From NCBI GenBank assembly GCA_964500725.1, contig CAZCNP010000001.1, forward strand, positions 64,766 through 128,765: DNA of 64,000 nt, read 5' to 3'. The first letter of the stretch is position 1; every line of letters begins with the position of its first letter. Of this stretch, positions 27,132-38,441 are shown piece after piece. Source of the DNA: an uncultured Gammaproteobacteria bacterium (GTDB lineage Bacteria; Patescibacteriota; Microgenomatia; Daviesbacterales; UBA10151). The notes beneath the pieces were generated by a model. That model was given only the letters and a program-made list of their open reading frames with translations, did not search any database and was not told the DNA's origin. Made by a program: the position numbers and the translations under genes.

Positions 27132-28841
27132 CTAATCCTGGGCTACTCTTAGCACCTCCTCCATTGTGGTCACTCCTTCTATAACTTTTAAATACCCATC
27201 CTGCTTCATAGTAATCATCCCCTCAGAGACAGCTACTTCTTCAATCTCGCCGGAGGAGGCGTGTTCTAAAATTAGCTTGGAAATCGGCTCTAAAATAACC
27301 AGCACCTCAAAAATACCCACTCTTCCCAAATAACCAGTTTGAGCACAAGCAACACAACCTTTTCCTTTATAGAGCTTGAGCGTTGTGGCTTTGTCAGCTG
27401 GCAAGAATTTGCCTAAAACATGTTTAATATTTTCAGCAACTTCAGGAGGAACGCTAAGTTCAATCCTGCAGCGTGGGCAAATTTTACGCACAACACGCTG
27501 TCCCACTACAGCATTTAAAGAAGAAGTCAGCAAAAATGGCTCAATCCCCATATCTAAAAGCCTGGGAGGAGCGCCGGCAGAAGAGTTAGTATGAACAGTA
27601 GAAAAAACCTGGTGGCCAGTCAAAGCTGCCTGTATAGCCAAATCAGCTGTTTCTGTATCCCGAATTTCTCCTACCATTATAATATTAGGGTCTTGTCTTA
27701 AAAAGCTTCTTAAAGCTGAAGCAAAGGTAAGACCAATTTGGGTATTGGCTTGAACTTGATTTACTCCAGGAATCTGATACTCAACAGGGTCTTCAATGGT
27801 AACAATATTTACTTTAGTGGTAGAGATTTTACTCAAAACTGAATATAAAGTAGTAGTTTTACCAGAACCAGTTGGACCGCAGATTAAGATAATTCCATGA
27901 GGGCGGGTTAGCTGAGTTTCCAGATTTTTCAAAGAGGTTCCTCTCAACCCCAATTCTAAAAGAGTAGGGGCCCCGCTTGATTTAGGCAATAACCTTAAAA
28001 CCACTTTTTCTCCAAAAACAGTTGGCACAGTGGAAACCCTAATATCTACTGTACTTTGTTCATGAGTAAAGCTAAACCTGCCATCCTGAGGCAGCCTTTT
28101 TTCATCAATTTTGAGCACTGAAAGAATTTTAATCCTGGAAATTAAAGCATCATGCACCCCTTTGGGAAGCAAAATCTTTTCCTGTAGAATTCCATCAATT
28201 CTATATCTAACCCTGGTCCTGTCTTCTTGTGGCTCAATATGAATATCAGAAGCCCTGCTTTTTAAAGCATATTCCAAAAGCTGGTTGATAATATTGGAAA
28301 CTGGAGCCTCACGTAAGATTTCTGGAGCATTCTGAACTCCCTCGTCCATTTTTACCGACTCAACTTCTTTTAAGGCTGAGGTAACCTCAGAGGTTAGGTT
28401 TTGAGAGTACTGGTCAGAGATAACTTTGAGAATATCTTGTTCTTGGGCTAAAAATGGTTTGACCCTAAGCCCTGCTCTTTTTTCCACAAACTGAGCGATT
28501 TGAATATCCAAAGGGTCGGCCATTGCCACCCATAATTCTTCTCCTTTTTTGTCAAAAGGGATAATATGGTAACGGCGGGCAGCAGGTTCTGGAATTAAGT
28601 TTAAAATATCAGCAGAAATAGCCTGGCCTTCAAGCTTAATATAGGGGATATTTAAAATCTGGGCTTTGGCTTGGGTAATTTTGTCAGATGGAATTAGATT
28701 ATGTTGCAGCAGAATCTTTTCAACAGGTTGGCCTGAATTAATACTTTCAAGCTTAATAGAGGAGAGTTGATCAGAAGTTAAAAGACCCTGATTAAACAAT
28801 ATGTCTTCTAAAGCGCTATCTTGGACAGTTTGGTTTACCAT
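27132..28841 (-). CDS. pilB: Extension ATPase PilB/GspE
   Basis: ASDIHIEP, GPTGSGKTTT, LRQDPNIIMVGEIRD, CxxC...CxxC zinc motif. Confidence 0.95.
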   Translation of the reverse strand: MVNQTVQDSALEDILFNQGLLTSDQLSSIKLESINSGQPVEKILLQHNLIPSDKITQAKAQILNIPYIKLEGQAISADILNLIPEPAARRYHIIPFDKKGEELWVAMADPLDIQIAQFVEKRAGLRVKPFLAQEQDILKVISDQYSQNLTSEVTSALKEVESVKMDEGVQNAPEILREAPVSNIINQLLEYALKSRASDIHIEPQEDRTRVRYRIDGILQEKILLPKGVHDALISRIKILSVLKIDEKRLPQDGRFSFTHEQSTVDIRVSTVPTVFGEKVVLRLLPKSSGAPTLLELGLRGTSLKNLETQLTRPHGIILICGPTGSGKTTTLYSVLSKISTTKVNIVTIEDPVEYQIPGVNQVQANTQIGLTFASALRSFLRQDPNIIMVGEIRDTETADLAIQAALTGHQVFSTVHTNSSAGAPPRLLDMGIEPFLLTSSLNAVVGQRVVRKICPRCRIELSVPPEVAENIKHVLGKFLPADKATTLKLYKGKGCVACAQTGYLGRVGIFEVLVILEPISKLILEHASSGEIEEVAVSEGMITMKQDGYLKVIEGVTTMEEVLRVAQD

Positions 28842-28848
28842 AAGCAGT

Positions 28849-28869
28849 TACCCTTTTTTAAAAAGGGTA
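28849..28869. promoter_or_regulatory. Perfect palindrome in the divergent pilB/holB spacer
   Basis: TACCCTTTTT-T-AAAAAGGGTA. Confidence 0.45.
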
Positions 28870-28895
28870 TGTAATCATTATGTTAAAATTGCGCT

Positions 28896-29516
28896 GTGAT
28901 TGCAAGGCTTTATATTTGTAGAAATATTGACAAGAGAGCAGAGGAGATTAAAAAGATATTAGCTTCCCACATCGGAAGTGGGAACGTAAATCATCCTGAT
29001 GTTTTATACTTTGAAAAAGATACTAAGTTAGGGATTGCTGAAAGCAGAAAAATAATAGATCACTTTTCTCTAAAACCTTACTCTGCCAAAGGCAGGGTAG
29101 CAGTTTTAGAACAAGCAGAAGATTTAACCCTTGATGCTCAAAATGCCCTGTTAAAAACACTAGAAGAGTTACCTACTGAGGCAGTTTTTATTCTGGGGGC
29201 TGCCTCTGAAGATAACCTTTTACCAACAATTTTATCCAGATGCCAGATTATTAAAGTTCACAGTTCACAGTTCACAGTTCACAGTTATAACAAAGACATT
29301 GAGAAATTGCTGCAGACTACAATTGAGGAAAGATTTGAATATATAGAGAAATTAAAAGATAGGGAGCAGTTCCTATATTCTTTAACAAGCTTTTTCCATC
29401 AAAAATTACCAAACAGCGCTTCATTTTTAGAAAAACTTTTGCAAGCAGAGGGATGGGCCAAACAAAATGTTAATATCAGGGCAATTTTAGAATATTTGAT
29501 GCTTGAAATGCCATAA
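28896..29516 (+). CDS. holB: DNA polymerase III delta'-like subunit (short form)
   Basis: HPD, AQNALLKTLEE, LLPTILSRC. Confidence 0.8.
   Translation: MIARLYICRNIDKRAEEIKKILASHIGSGNVNHPDVLYFEKDTKLGIAESRKIIDHFSLKPYSAKGRVAVLEQAEDLTLDAQNALLKTLEELPTEAVFILGAASEDNLLPTILSRCQIIKVHSSQFTVHSYNKDIEKLLQTTIEERFEYIEKLKDREQFLYSLTSFFHQKLPNSASFLEKLLQAEGWAKQNVNIRAILEYLMLEMP
28964..28984. repeat. Intragenic palindrome TTCCCACATCGGAAGTGGGAA, copy 1 (holB)
   Basis: Identical 21-mer at 33390 and 36342. Confidence 0.9.
29255..29286. repeat. Heptamer repeat AGTTCAC x4.5 inside holB (VHSSQFTVHS)
   Basis: Perfect units read directly. Confidence 0.9.
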
Positions 29517-29523
29517 TTTTCTT

Positions 29524-29571
29524 GACTCTAGACTCTAGTCACTAGACTCTAATTATGCTAAACTATACACT
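29524..29571 (+). promoter_or_regulatory. GACTCTA heptamer array overlapping a candidate gyrB promoter
   Basis: gactcta gactcta gtcacta gactcta; TAGACT-N17-TACACT at 29543-29571. Confidence 0.45.
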
Positions 29572-29579
29572 TAGCCTAA

Positions 29580-31538
<1,959 letters not shown>

Positions 31539-31549
31539 ATTTTTCCCAT

Positions 31550-32620
31550 ATGAAAAAAATATATTTTACTGTTGGGCCATCACAAATTTATCCAACTCTA
31601 TATAAACATTTAAACAAAGCTATAAAAGAGGATATTTTCTCTTTAAACCATAGGGGGGAAGAGTTTAAAAAGTTATTTACCAGCACCACAGAAGGACTAA
31701 AAAAACTTCTTAATATTCCAGCAAACTTTCAAATATTCTTTGTTTCTTCTGCTTTAGAAGGAATGGAAAGAACAATTCAGGGCTGCTCCGAGAAAACATC
31801 TTTCCATATTATTACTGGTTCTTTTGGAAAAGCTTGGGCCAACTATGCTTCTCAACTGGGCAGAAATGTCTTAACTTACAATATAGACCCAACCCAAAAG
31901 GCTGAACTTTCAAATATTAAAATTCCTCAAAGAGCAGAAATAATTTGTATAACCCAAAATGATACTTCCACAGGCTATTGGATTCCTATGGATGAAATTA
32001 TTAAATTAAAGAAGAAGTATCCTGAAAAGCTAGTTGCTATTGATGTAGTTTCCTCAGTTCCTTTTGTGACCATTGATTATAAATATATAGATATAGCTTT
32101 TTTCTCAGTGCAAAAAGGTTTTGGACTGCCGGCAGGACTGGGGGTAATAATTGCCAGCCCCAAAGCTTTAGAAAAAACTGAAAAGTTACTTAAAAACAAA
32201 AGTGTTATCGGCAGTTATCATAGTTTTAAACACCTTTCTGAAAAAGCATTAAACTTACAAACTCCAGAAACACCTAATGTTTTAAATATTTATCTTCTAA
32301 ATAGCGTTATAAAAGATATGTTAAAAATAGGAATTAATAATATCAGGCAGGATATGGATAAAAAAGCTAAAGCCCTTTATGAACTTTTTGAAAATCATCA
32401 TCTATATAAACCATATGTTGCCAATAAAGAATTTAGATCTCCAACAACAGCAGTGTTTGATGTTAAAGGAACCTCAGAAAGCTTAAGAAAAAAATTAAGC
32501 CAAAAGGGCTTTATTGTTGGGGCAGGATATGGGGATAATAAATTAAATCATATAAGGGTTGCCAACTTCCCAGCCCACACCTACAAAGACACCTTACAAC
32601 TACTAAAATATATTGCATGA
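31550..32620 (+). CDS. Class V PLP-dependent aminotransferase (phosphoserine aminotransferase-like)
   Basis: FTVGPS, NDTSTG, DVVSS, FSVQKGFGLPAGLG, TPETPN. Confidence 0.8.
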   Translation: MKKIYFTVGPSQIYPTLYKHLNKAIKEDIFSLNHRGEEFKKLFTSTTEGLKKLLNIPANFQIFFVSSALEGMERTIQGCSEKTSFHIITGSFGKAWANYASQLGRNVLTYNIDPTQKAELSNIKIPQRAEIICITQNDTSTGYWIPMDEIIKLKKKYPEKLVAIDVVSSVPFVTIDYKYIDIAFFSVQKGFGLPAGLGVIIASPKALEKTEKLLKNKSVIGSYHSFKHLSEKALNLQTPETPNVLNIYLLNSVIKDMLKIGINNIRQDMDKKAKALYELFENHHLYKPYVANKEFRSPTTAVFDVKGTSESLRKKLSQKGFIVGAGYGDNKLNHIRVANFPAHTYKDTLQLLKYIA

Positions 32621-32682
32621 GGAAGGTCCATTTTTTAGGAATAAAGGGGAGCGGGGAGTTGCGCGGATATCTAGAGTTTTAA
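32617..32682 (+). pseudogene. Orphan duplicate of the murC 5' end
   Basis: MRKVHFLGIKGSG...* versus MurC MIKVHFLGIGGSG; ATGA overlap with the upstream stop codon. Confidence 0.75.
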
Positions 32683-32701
32683 ATTATGGTATAATTTACC
32701 T

Positions 32702-32947
32702 ATGAATAAATCTTCCGTATTATCGTATTCTGTAATTTATGAAGAAGCTCCGGAGGGGGGATATGTCGTGCGTGCGCCAGCCTTACCAGGATGTCATACT
32801 CAAGGTGAAACCATAGAAGAAGCGGAAAAAAATATCAAAGAGGCTATTGAGTTATATTTAGAAAGCCTAAATGCGCATGATGAAAAAATCCCCCAGGAGA
32901 GAAGAATTTTCCAAAGCAAAGTTGACGTGCAATTCCCATTTGTTTAA
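32702..32947 (+). CDS. hicB: HicB family antitoxin
   Basis: GGYVVRAPALPGCHTQGETIEEAEKNIKEAIELYLE. Confidence 0.92.
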   Translation: MNKSSVLSYSVIYEEAPEGGYVVRAPALPGCHTQGETIEEAEKNIKEAIELYLESLNAHDEKIPQERRIFQSKVDVQFPFV

Positions 32948-32976
32948 TAAACCATGGGACTATTTTCTTTCAGAAA

Positions 32977-33207
32977 ATGAAAAATCTTCCGGCTTTAACC
33001 TCCAAAAAAGTCATTAAGGCATTAAAAAAAGCAGGATTTATTGAAGACAGACAAAAAGGTTCTCATCTTATACTAGTAAATCTGTTAACCAATAAAAAAG
33101 TTGTGGTGCCTATTCATGCCGGAAAAACTATCAAGAAACCCTTATTGCAATCAATAATAGAAGACGATGCAGGTTTAACAATCGAGAATTTTCTGAAACT
33201 GCTTTAA
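32977..33207 (+). CDS. hicA: HicA family mRNA interferase toxin
   Basis: GF...RQKGSHLIL...VVPIH. Confidence 0.92.
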   Translation: MKNLPALTSKKVIKALKKAGFIEDRQKGSHLILVNLLTNKKVVVPIHAGKTIKKPLLQSIIEDDAGLTIENFLKLL

Positions 33208-33216
33208 TTTCTATCT

Positions 33217-34518
33217 ATGATCAAGGTACATTTCTTAGGAATAGGTGGTTCTGGAGCATCTGGGGCTGCAGCTATTGCCCAAGCACAAGGGTATAAAGTA
33301 ACAGGCTGTGACCTTTACCCAGAAAATGAATTTACTACAGTATTTAATTCCAACCAAATGTTTGCTGGCCACAGTCCAGAGCATTTAGCTTCCCACATCG
33401 GAAGTGGGAATGTAGATATTTTAGCTGTTACTCCAGCAATCTTTTCTTTAGACCCCAATAACCCAGAACTATTAGAAGCTAAGAAAAAAGGTATTCCTGT
33501 TTTAACCTGGCAACAATTTTTGGGGAAATATTTGGCAAAGGACAAACTTGTGATTGCTATAGCAGGTACCCATGGTAAATCTACCACCACTGCTATGATA
33601 GCCCAATTGCTAGAAGATGCTGGTTTAGATCCAACAGCTCTACTAGGAGCAATTATTCCCAGGTGGGAAACCAATTACAGGATTGGGAAAGGCAAATTTT
33701 TTGTAGTTGAGGCAGATGAATTTAATGATAATTTCTTAAGTTTAAAACCCAATATTGCTGTTGTTACCAATATTGAAATGGATCACCCAGAATACTTTAA
33801 AGATTTTGAAGCAGTAAAGATGAGTTTTTATAAATTTTTACTACAAACCAACCAAACAGCTGTTGTTAACTTAACTGATCCAGGCATTGCTGAGGTGGCT
33901 AAAAACACCATGAAACATTCTGGTATTACTTATTTAGATTATTCCAAAAATGAATTAGGTATAGACCTTAAAGTTCCTGGAGGGTTCAATAACCTAAATG
34001 CTAAAGCTGCTATGCAGGTTGGACTAGTTTTAGGAATTGAAACCAATGTTATCAAACAGAGTTTAGGAAACTTTACTGGAGCCAGTAGAAGATTTGAATA
34101 TATTGGAGAGTACAATGGAGCTAAAGTATATTCTGACTTTGGGCATCATCCTAGAGAAATAGAAGTTACAGCAAAAGCTGCTAGACAAAAATTTCCTGAC
34201 AGTAGAATTTTATTAATCTTCCAACCTCATATGTTTTCCAGAACCAAAGCTTTATTTGATAATTTTGTAAATGTTTTAAAAAATGTCCCAACTGATAAAA
34301 CTTTTATCATGGATATTTACCCCTCAAGAGAGATAGATACAGGGTTAGTTACAAGCAAACAGTTAGTTGAAGCAATTAACAAACCCTCAGTTGTATATAT
34401 TGGATCTGCCTCAGAAACTTTAGAAAAGCTTAAACCAAAAATCCAAAAAGGGGATATTGTCTTTTTTATGAGCGCTGGAGATACAGATATGTTAGCTAAA
34501 AAATTAGTCAGGTCCTAA
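33217..34518 (+). CDS. murC: UDP-N-acetylmuramate--L-alanine ligase
   Basis: HFLGIGGSG, AGTHGKSTTT, VEADE, DHP, RRFE, DFGHHP, FQPH. Confidence 0.9.
   Translation: MIKVHFLGIGGSGASGAAAIAQAQGYKVTGCDLYPENEFTTVFNSNQMFAGHSPEHLASHIGSGNVDILAVTPAIFSLDPNNPELLEAKKKGIPVLTWQQFLGKYLAKDKLVIAIAGTHGKSTTTAMIAQLLEDAGLDPTALLGAIIPRWETNYRIGKGKFFVVEADEFNDNFLSLKPNIAVVTNIEMDHPEYFKDFEAVKMSFYKFLLQTNQTAVVNLTDPGIAEVAKNTMKHSGITYLDYSKNELGIDLKVPGGFNNLNAKAAMQVGLVLGIETNVIKQSLGNFTGASRRFEYIGEYNGAKVYSDFGHHPREIEVTAKAARQKFPDSRILLIFQPHMFSRTKALFDNFVNVLKNVPTDKTFIMDIYPSREIDTGLVTSKQLVEAINKPSVVYIGSASETLEKLKPKIQKGDIVFFMSAGDTDMLAKKLVRS
33390..33410. repeat. Intragenic palindrome, copy 2 (murC)
   Basis: Same 21-mer; flanks ttagc...Ygta shared with copy 1. 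Confidence 0.9.
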
Positions 34519-35328
34519 ATCAACTTTTTTTAATCCTTTAAGTTTCTTGCCAAAAAACCTGCTTGCTATCTGATAAACCCTATCTGGTGCATCTGTGACA
34601 TAAAACTCTAAAGTAGGCTCTTTGCTATCAGAAAGCAAATTATTATTTTCTAAGGTAATTTTTAGCTGTTGGGCTGTTGGAACTGCTGAATCTACAATAT
34701 TAACTTTGGGTCCAACTACATTTCTAATAGTTTCCAACAATAGAGGATAGTGGGTACAGCCTAAAATTAGGATATCAACTCCAGAGGAAATAATTTCTTC
34801 CAAATAATCTTTTGCCAATAATTTAGCAGCTGGATGATCTCCTAAACCTTCTTCTGCTAAAGACACAAAAAGAGGGCAGGCAGTAGCAACCACTTTTATT
34901 TTTAGATTTATTTTTTTTATTTCTTTTTCGTATGCATAACTTGCAATTGTGCCTTGGGTTCCAATCACCCCAATTTTTTTATTTTTTGTTTCTTCTGTAG
35001 CTTTTTTTGCTGCAGGAATAATAACTCCAATTACTGGCACAGGAGAGATCTTTTTAATTTCATCTAAAGCAACAGAAGAAATGGTGTTACAAGCAACTAC
35101 CAAAAATTTTACTTTTCTTTTTAGCAGAAAATTAACTAACTGCTTGGCAAATTTAGTAATTACTTCCTTAGATCTAGTCCCATATGGAACTCTTGCTGTA
35201 TCACCAATATAAATAATACTTTCATGAGGTAATAGCTTAACTATTTCTTTGGTTACTGTTAAACCACCAATTCCTGAATCAAATATACCAATTGGACTGT
35301 TGTTTGTCTTTCGCATTCTCAAGATCAA
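34504..35328 (-). CDS. murI: Glutamate racemase
   Basis: FDSGIGGLTV, VACNT, LGCTHYP. Confidence 0.96.
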   Translation of the reverse strand: MILRMRKTNNSPIGIFDSGIGGLTVTKEIVKLLPHESIIYIGDTARVPYGTRSKEVITKFAKQLVNFLLKRKVKFLVVACNTISSVALDEIKKISPVPVIGVIIPAAKKATEETKNKKIGVIGTQGTIASYAYEKEIKKINLKIKVVATACPLFVSLAEEGLGDHPAAKLLAKDYLEEIISSGVDILILGCTHYPLLLETIRNVVGPKVNIVDSAVPTAQQLKITLENNNLLSDSKEPTLEFYVTDAPDRVYQIASRFFGKKLKGLKKVDLGPD

Positions 35329-35346
35329 AACGATATAATATCATAA

Positions 35347-36705
35347 ATGCAATCGTTTAAGGATAAAAAAATATTGGTGTTTGGATTGGGCTTAAATCAA
35401 GGTGGAGTAGGGTCTGCTTTGTTTTTTGTAAAACTTGGAGCAGAAGTAAAAGTTACAGATTTAAAAACCAAAGAAGTTTTACAACCCTCTTTAGATCAAC
35501 TCAAAGATTTCCCAAATATTTCCTATACCCTAGGAGAACATAAAAATGAAGATATCGATTGGGCAGATTTAATAATCAAAAATCCTGCAGTTAAGCCAGG
35601 TAATCAATATATTGAATATGCTTTGAAAAATGGCAAACAAGTTGAAACAGATATGGGAATATTCTTACAATCTGTTTTACCATCTCAAATTATTGGGGTT
35701 ACAGGAACTAAGGGAAAATCTACTACTTCTTCTTTAATTTATGAAGTATTAAAAGCTGCTGGTAGAAAAGTAGTCTTTGCTGGCAATATTGGTAAAAGTG
35801 TTTTAGAAACTATCCCCTTTGTTGATAAAGATACCTTAGTAGTTTTGGAAATTTCTTCTTTCCAGTTAGAGGCTTTTGATGCTCATAAAGTTTCTCCTAA
35901 ATGGGCAGTAATAACCAACATTACTCCAGATCATCTAAATTATTACAAATCAATGGATGAATATATAAAAGCAAAAAAGGTAATAGGGAAGTACCAAACA
36001 GAAAAAGATTATATGTTATTGAAGAAAGATGATCCAGTCACCACTAATCCAAGTTTCTTAGAAGGATTAAAAGGACAAATCATTTATTGCTCAACAGAAG
36101 ATTTACCCCAAAATTTTCATCCCCACCTTTTAGGTCAACATAATTTAGGTAATATTGCTGCTGTCTATAACTTAGGAAAGCTGTTTGATATCAACCCAGA
36201 TCTCTTACTCAAAACTCTTACTAATTTTAAAGGGATACCCTTTAGAATGGAGCTTATTAAAGATTGGGATGGAGTAAAAATTTATAATGATACTACAGCT
36301 ACCTCACCTGAGTCAGGAATTCAAGCCATAAAAGCTTTACGTTCCCACATCGGAAGTGGGAAGCTAAATATTATCCTTGTTTGCGGAGGAATGAACAAAG
36401 GAATGGACTACACAGAATATGCCAAAGAGATTAGCAAATCAGTTAAAAAAGTTTTCTTCCTAGAGGGAGACTCTACTGACTCCATTCTCCGGTCATTGCA
36501 AGCGGAGCAAAACAATCTAGAAACTTTTGGGCCATACAACAACTTAGAACAACTCTTGGAAGATGTTAAAAAAGTAGCAAAACCAGGAGATACAATTTTA
36601 TTTTCTCCAGCAGCAACATCATTTAACTTATTCCAAAATGAATTTGACAGGGGAAGAAAATTTAATAAAGCAGTTGAAAAAGTTTTTGGGACAAGTACTT
36701 CTTAG
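35347..36705 (+). CDS. murD: UDP-N-acetylmuramoyl-L-alanine--D-glutamate ligase
   Basis: VTGTKGKSTT, GNIG, LEISSFQLE, DHLNY, FSPAATSF...RG. Confidence 0.93.
   Translation: MQSFKDKKILVFGLGLNQGGVGSALFFVKLGAEVKVTDLKTKEVLQPSLDQLKDFPNISYTLGEHKNEDIDWADLIIKNPAVKPGNQYIEYALKNGKQVETDMGIFLQSVLPSQIIGVTGTKGKSTTSSLIYEVLKAAGRKVVFAGNIGKSVLETIPFVDKDTLVVLEISSFQLEAFDAHKVSPKWAVITNITPDHLNYYKSMDEYIKAKKVIGKYQTEKDYMLLKKDDPVTTNPSFLEGLKGQIIYCSTEDLPQNFHPHLLGQHNLGNIAAVYNLGKLFDINPDLLLKTLTNFKGIPFRMELIKDWDGVKIYNDTTATSPESGIQAIKALRSHIGSGKLNIILVCGGMNKGMDYTEYAKEISKSVKKVFFLEGDSTDSILRSLQAEQNNLETFGPYNNLEQLLEDVKKVAKPGDTILFSPAATSFNLFQNEFDRGRKFNKAVEKVFGTSTS
36342..36362. repeat. Intragenic palindrome, copy 3 (murD)
   Basis: Same 21-mer; outer flanks tttacg/gctaaa are the reverse complement of those of copy 1. 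Confidence 0.9.
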
Positions 36706-37189
36706 ATAATCTTTGAAGAATTTCATATCCTCCAAATAATAAAACAGTGTAGCCTACATCTCCAATTAAACTATTTCTGAAAAAGGGGATTGCCATTGTA
36801 TAACTTTGGATTAGACCACTTAAAGTATGTGGGTACCAATTATTTGGTGGAGCCCAAACTCCAAAGTTAGTAATAATAAAAAACAAAATAGAAGAAAATA
36901 GTGCTGATCCTAAAACAAACTTTGCTGATTTATGCTTTCTTAACCAAAGCCCAATAAGACCTATCAAAACAAAGCTGCCATAAACATAAAACATATCCAC
37001 ACCATAAAACCCAATAAAATAATCACTAAAGAGCAAAGCAAGTAATGGTAAAAAGGCAAACTTCTTAGGTAAATATGTACCTCCAAAAAGACAAAGAGCA
37101 GTTATAGGAACTATATTTGGATGATGGGGAAGCAACCTTGATAATACTCCAACCAGCACTATTAATATTGCTGCTAATTTCAAATTCAT
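36662..37189 (-). CDS. Multi-TM putative transporter substrate component (DUF6580-like)
   Basis: SRLLPHHPN..P..A..LFGG, FFIITNFGVW, Y..AIPFFRNSL.GD. Confidence 0.7.
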   Translation of the reverse strand: MNLKLAAILIVLVGVLSRLLPHHPNIVPITALCLFGGTYLPKKFAFLPLLALLFSDYFIGFYGVDMFYVYGSFVLIGLIGLWLRKHKSAKFVLGSALFSSILFFIITNFGVWAPPNNWYPHTLSGLIQSYTMAIPFFRNSLIGDVGYTVLLFGGYEILQRLSKKYLSQKLFQLLY

Positions 37190-37304
37190 AACCTATATAC
37201 AATATGAAAGAGAGAATCATTTGTCAATCTACCATATATTGTATACCTGTAGAAAAATGAAATCTTAAGCAATCTGCAGTATAATTATTGCCCTCCCTAA
37301 TTAG

Positions 37305-38441
37305 ATGTTAGATAAATTAATTAAAGCTTTAAAAAGAGAATATCAAACCCTCAATATTATTGAGATCTCTAGAAATAACTTGCTTTCAAACTTTAAATAC
37401 CTTGCTTCTTTAAACAAAAAGATAAAAATAGCCCCTGTGGTAAAAAGTAATGGATATGGACATGGTATAGAAAATATAGCAAAGATCTTAGATGACCTAA
37501 ATTTCCCTTTCTTTTGTGTAGATAGCTTATTTGAAGCCTATCTGTTACAAAAAGCTCTTGTAATCAATAAAGTTTTGGTCATGGGTTATACTAACCCAGA
37601 AAATTTAAAAGTTAAAAAGCTTCCATTTTCTTTTGCTGTTTTTGATCTAGAAACTGCTAAAGTATTAAATGAATTCCAACCAGGTTGTAAAATTCATATT
37701 TTTGTAGATACCGGCATGCACAGAGAGGGCATACCAGTTAAAGATTTGCCTCAATTTTTGGAAGAACTAAAGAAATTACCAAATATTAAAATTGATGGAC
37801 TGATGTCTCATCTTGCTTCGTCTGAAAGTAAAAGTGATCCAATTTTTGCAAGCCAAATTAAACAATTTCAAAAAGCAAAAGAGATCTGTAAAAAATTAAA
37901 AATAAATCCTAAATGGTTCCATATTTCAGCAACAGGTGGAATAGTAAATCCTAAAACTAGATCTATTATAGCAAGTATTTCTAATTTAGTTAGGGCAGGC
38001 CTTGCTCTTTATGGTTTTTCTTCTTCCACCTTTGACCCAAATCTAAAACCAGTTCTGACTTTAAAAACTAAAATTTCTCAGATTAAAAAAATTAAAAAAA
38101 GAGAAAAGGTTGGGTATAATGGAACATATATTGCTAAAAAAGAATTAACAGTTGGAATATTACCAATTGGCTACTATGATGGAATAGACAGAAGATTATC
38201 CAATAAAGGATGGGTGACTATAAATAATATTCCCTGTAAAATTTTAGGAAGAGTTTCTATGAATATTAATTCTGTCGATCTAACAAAAATTACAAACCCA
38301 CAAGTTGGTCAGGAGGTAGTAGTTTTTTCAAGCAACCCACAAGATCCAAATTCAATTGGCAATGTGGCCAAAGCTTGTAAAACCATTCCATATGATATAC
38401 TCATTTCTCTGGCTTCTTCTACTAAAAGAATCATTATATGA
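37305..38441 (+). CDS. alr: Alanine racemase
   Basis: VVKSNGYGHG, DTGMHREG, MSHL, PIGYYDG, GRVSM, TIPYD. Confidence 0.93.
   Translation: MLDKLIKALKREYQTLNIIEISRNNLLSNFKYLASLNKKIKIAPVVKSNGYGHGIENIAKILDDLNFPFFCVDSLFEAYLLQKALVINKVLVMGYTNPENLKVKKLPFSFAVFDLETAKVLNEFQPGCKIHIFVDTGMHREGIPVKDLPQFLEELKKLPNIKIDGLMSHLASSESKSDPIFASQIKQFQKAKEICKKLKINPKWFHISATGGIVNPKTRSIIASISNLVRAGLALYGFSSSTFDPNLKPVLTLKTKISQIKKIKKREKVGYNGTYIAKKELTVGILPIGYYDGIDRRLSNKGWVTINNIPCKILGRVSMNINSVDLTKITNPQVGQEVVVFSSNPQDPNSIGNVAKACKTIPYDILISLASSTKRIII

Noticed and set aside
37190-37304. Riboswitch upstream of the DUF6580-like transporter gene
   Set aside because: The spacer is short, AT-rich and occupied by divergent promoter-like hexamers; no cobalamin or TPP consensus is visible.
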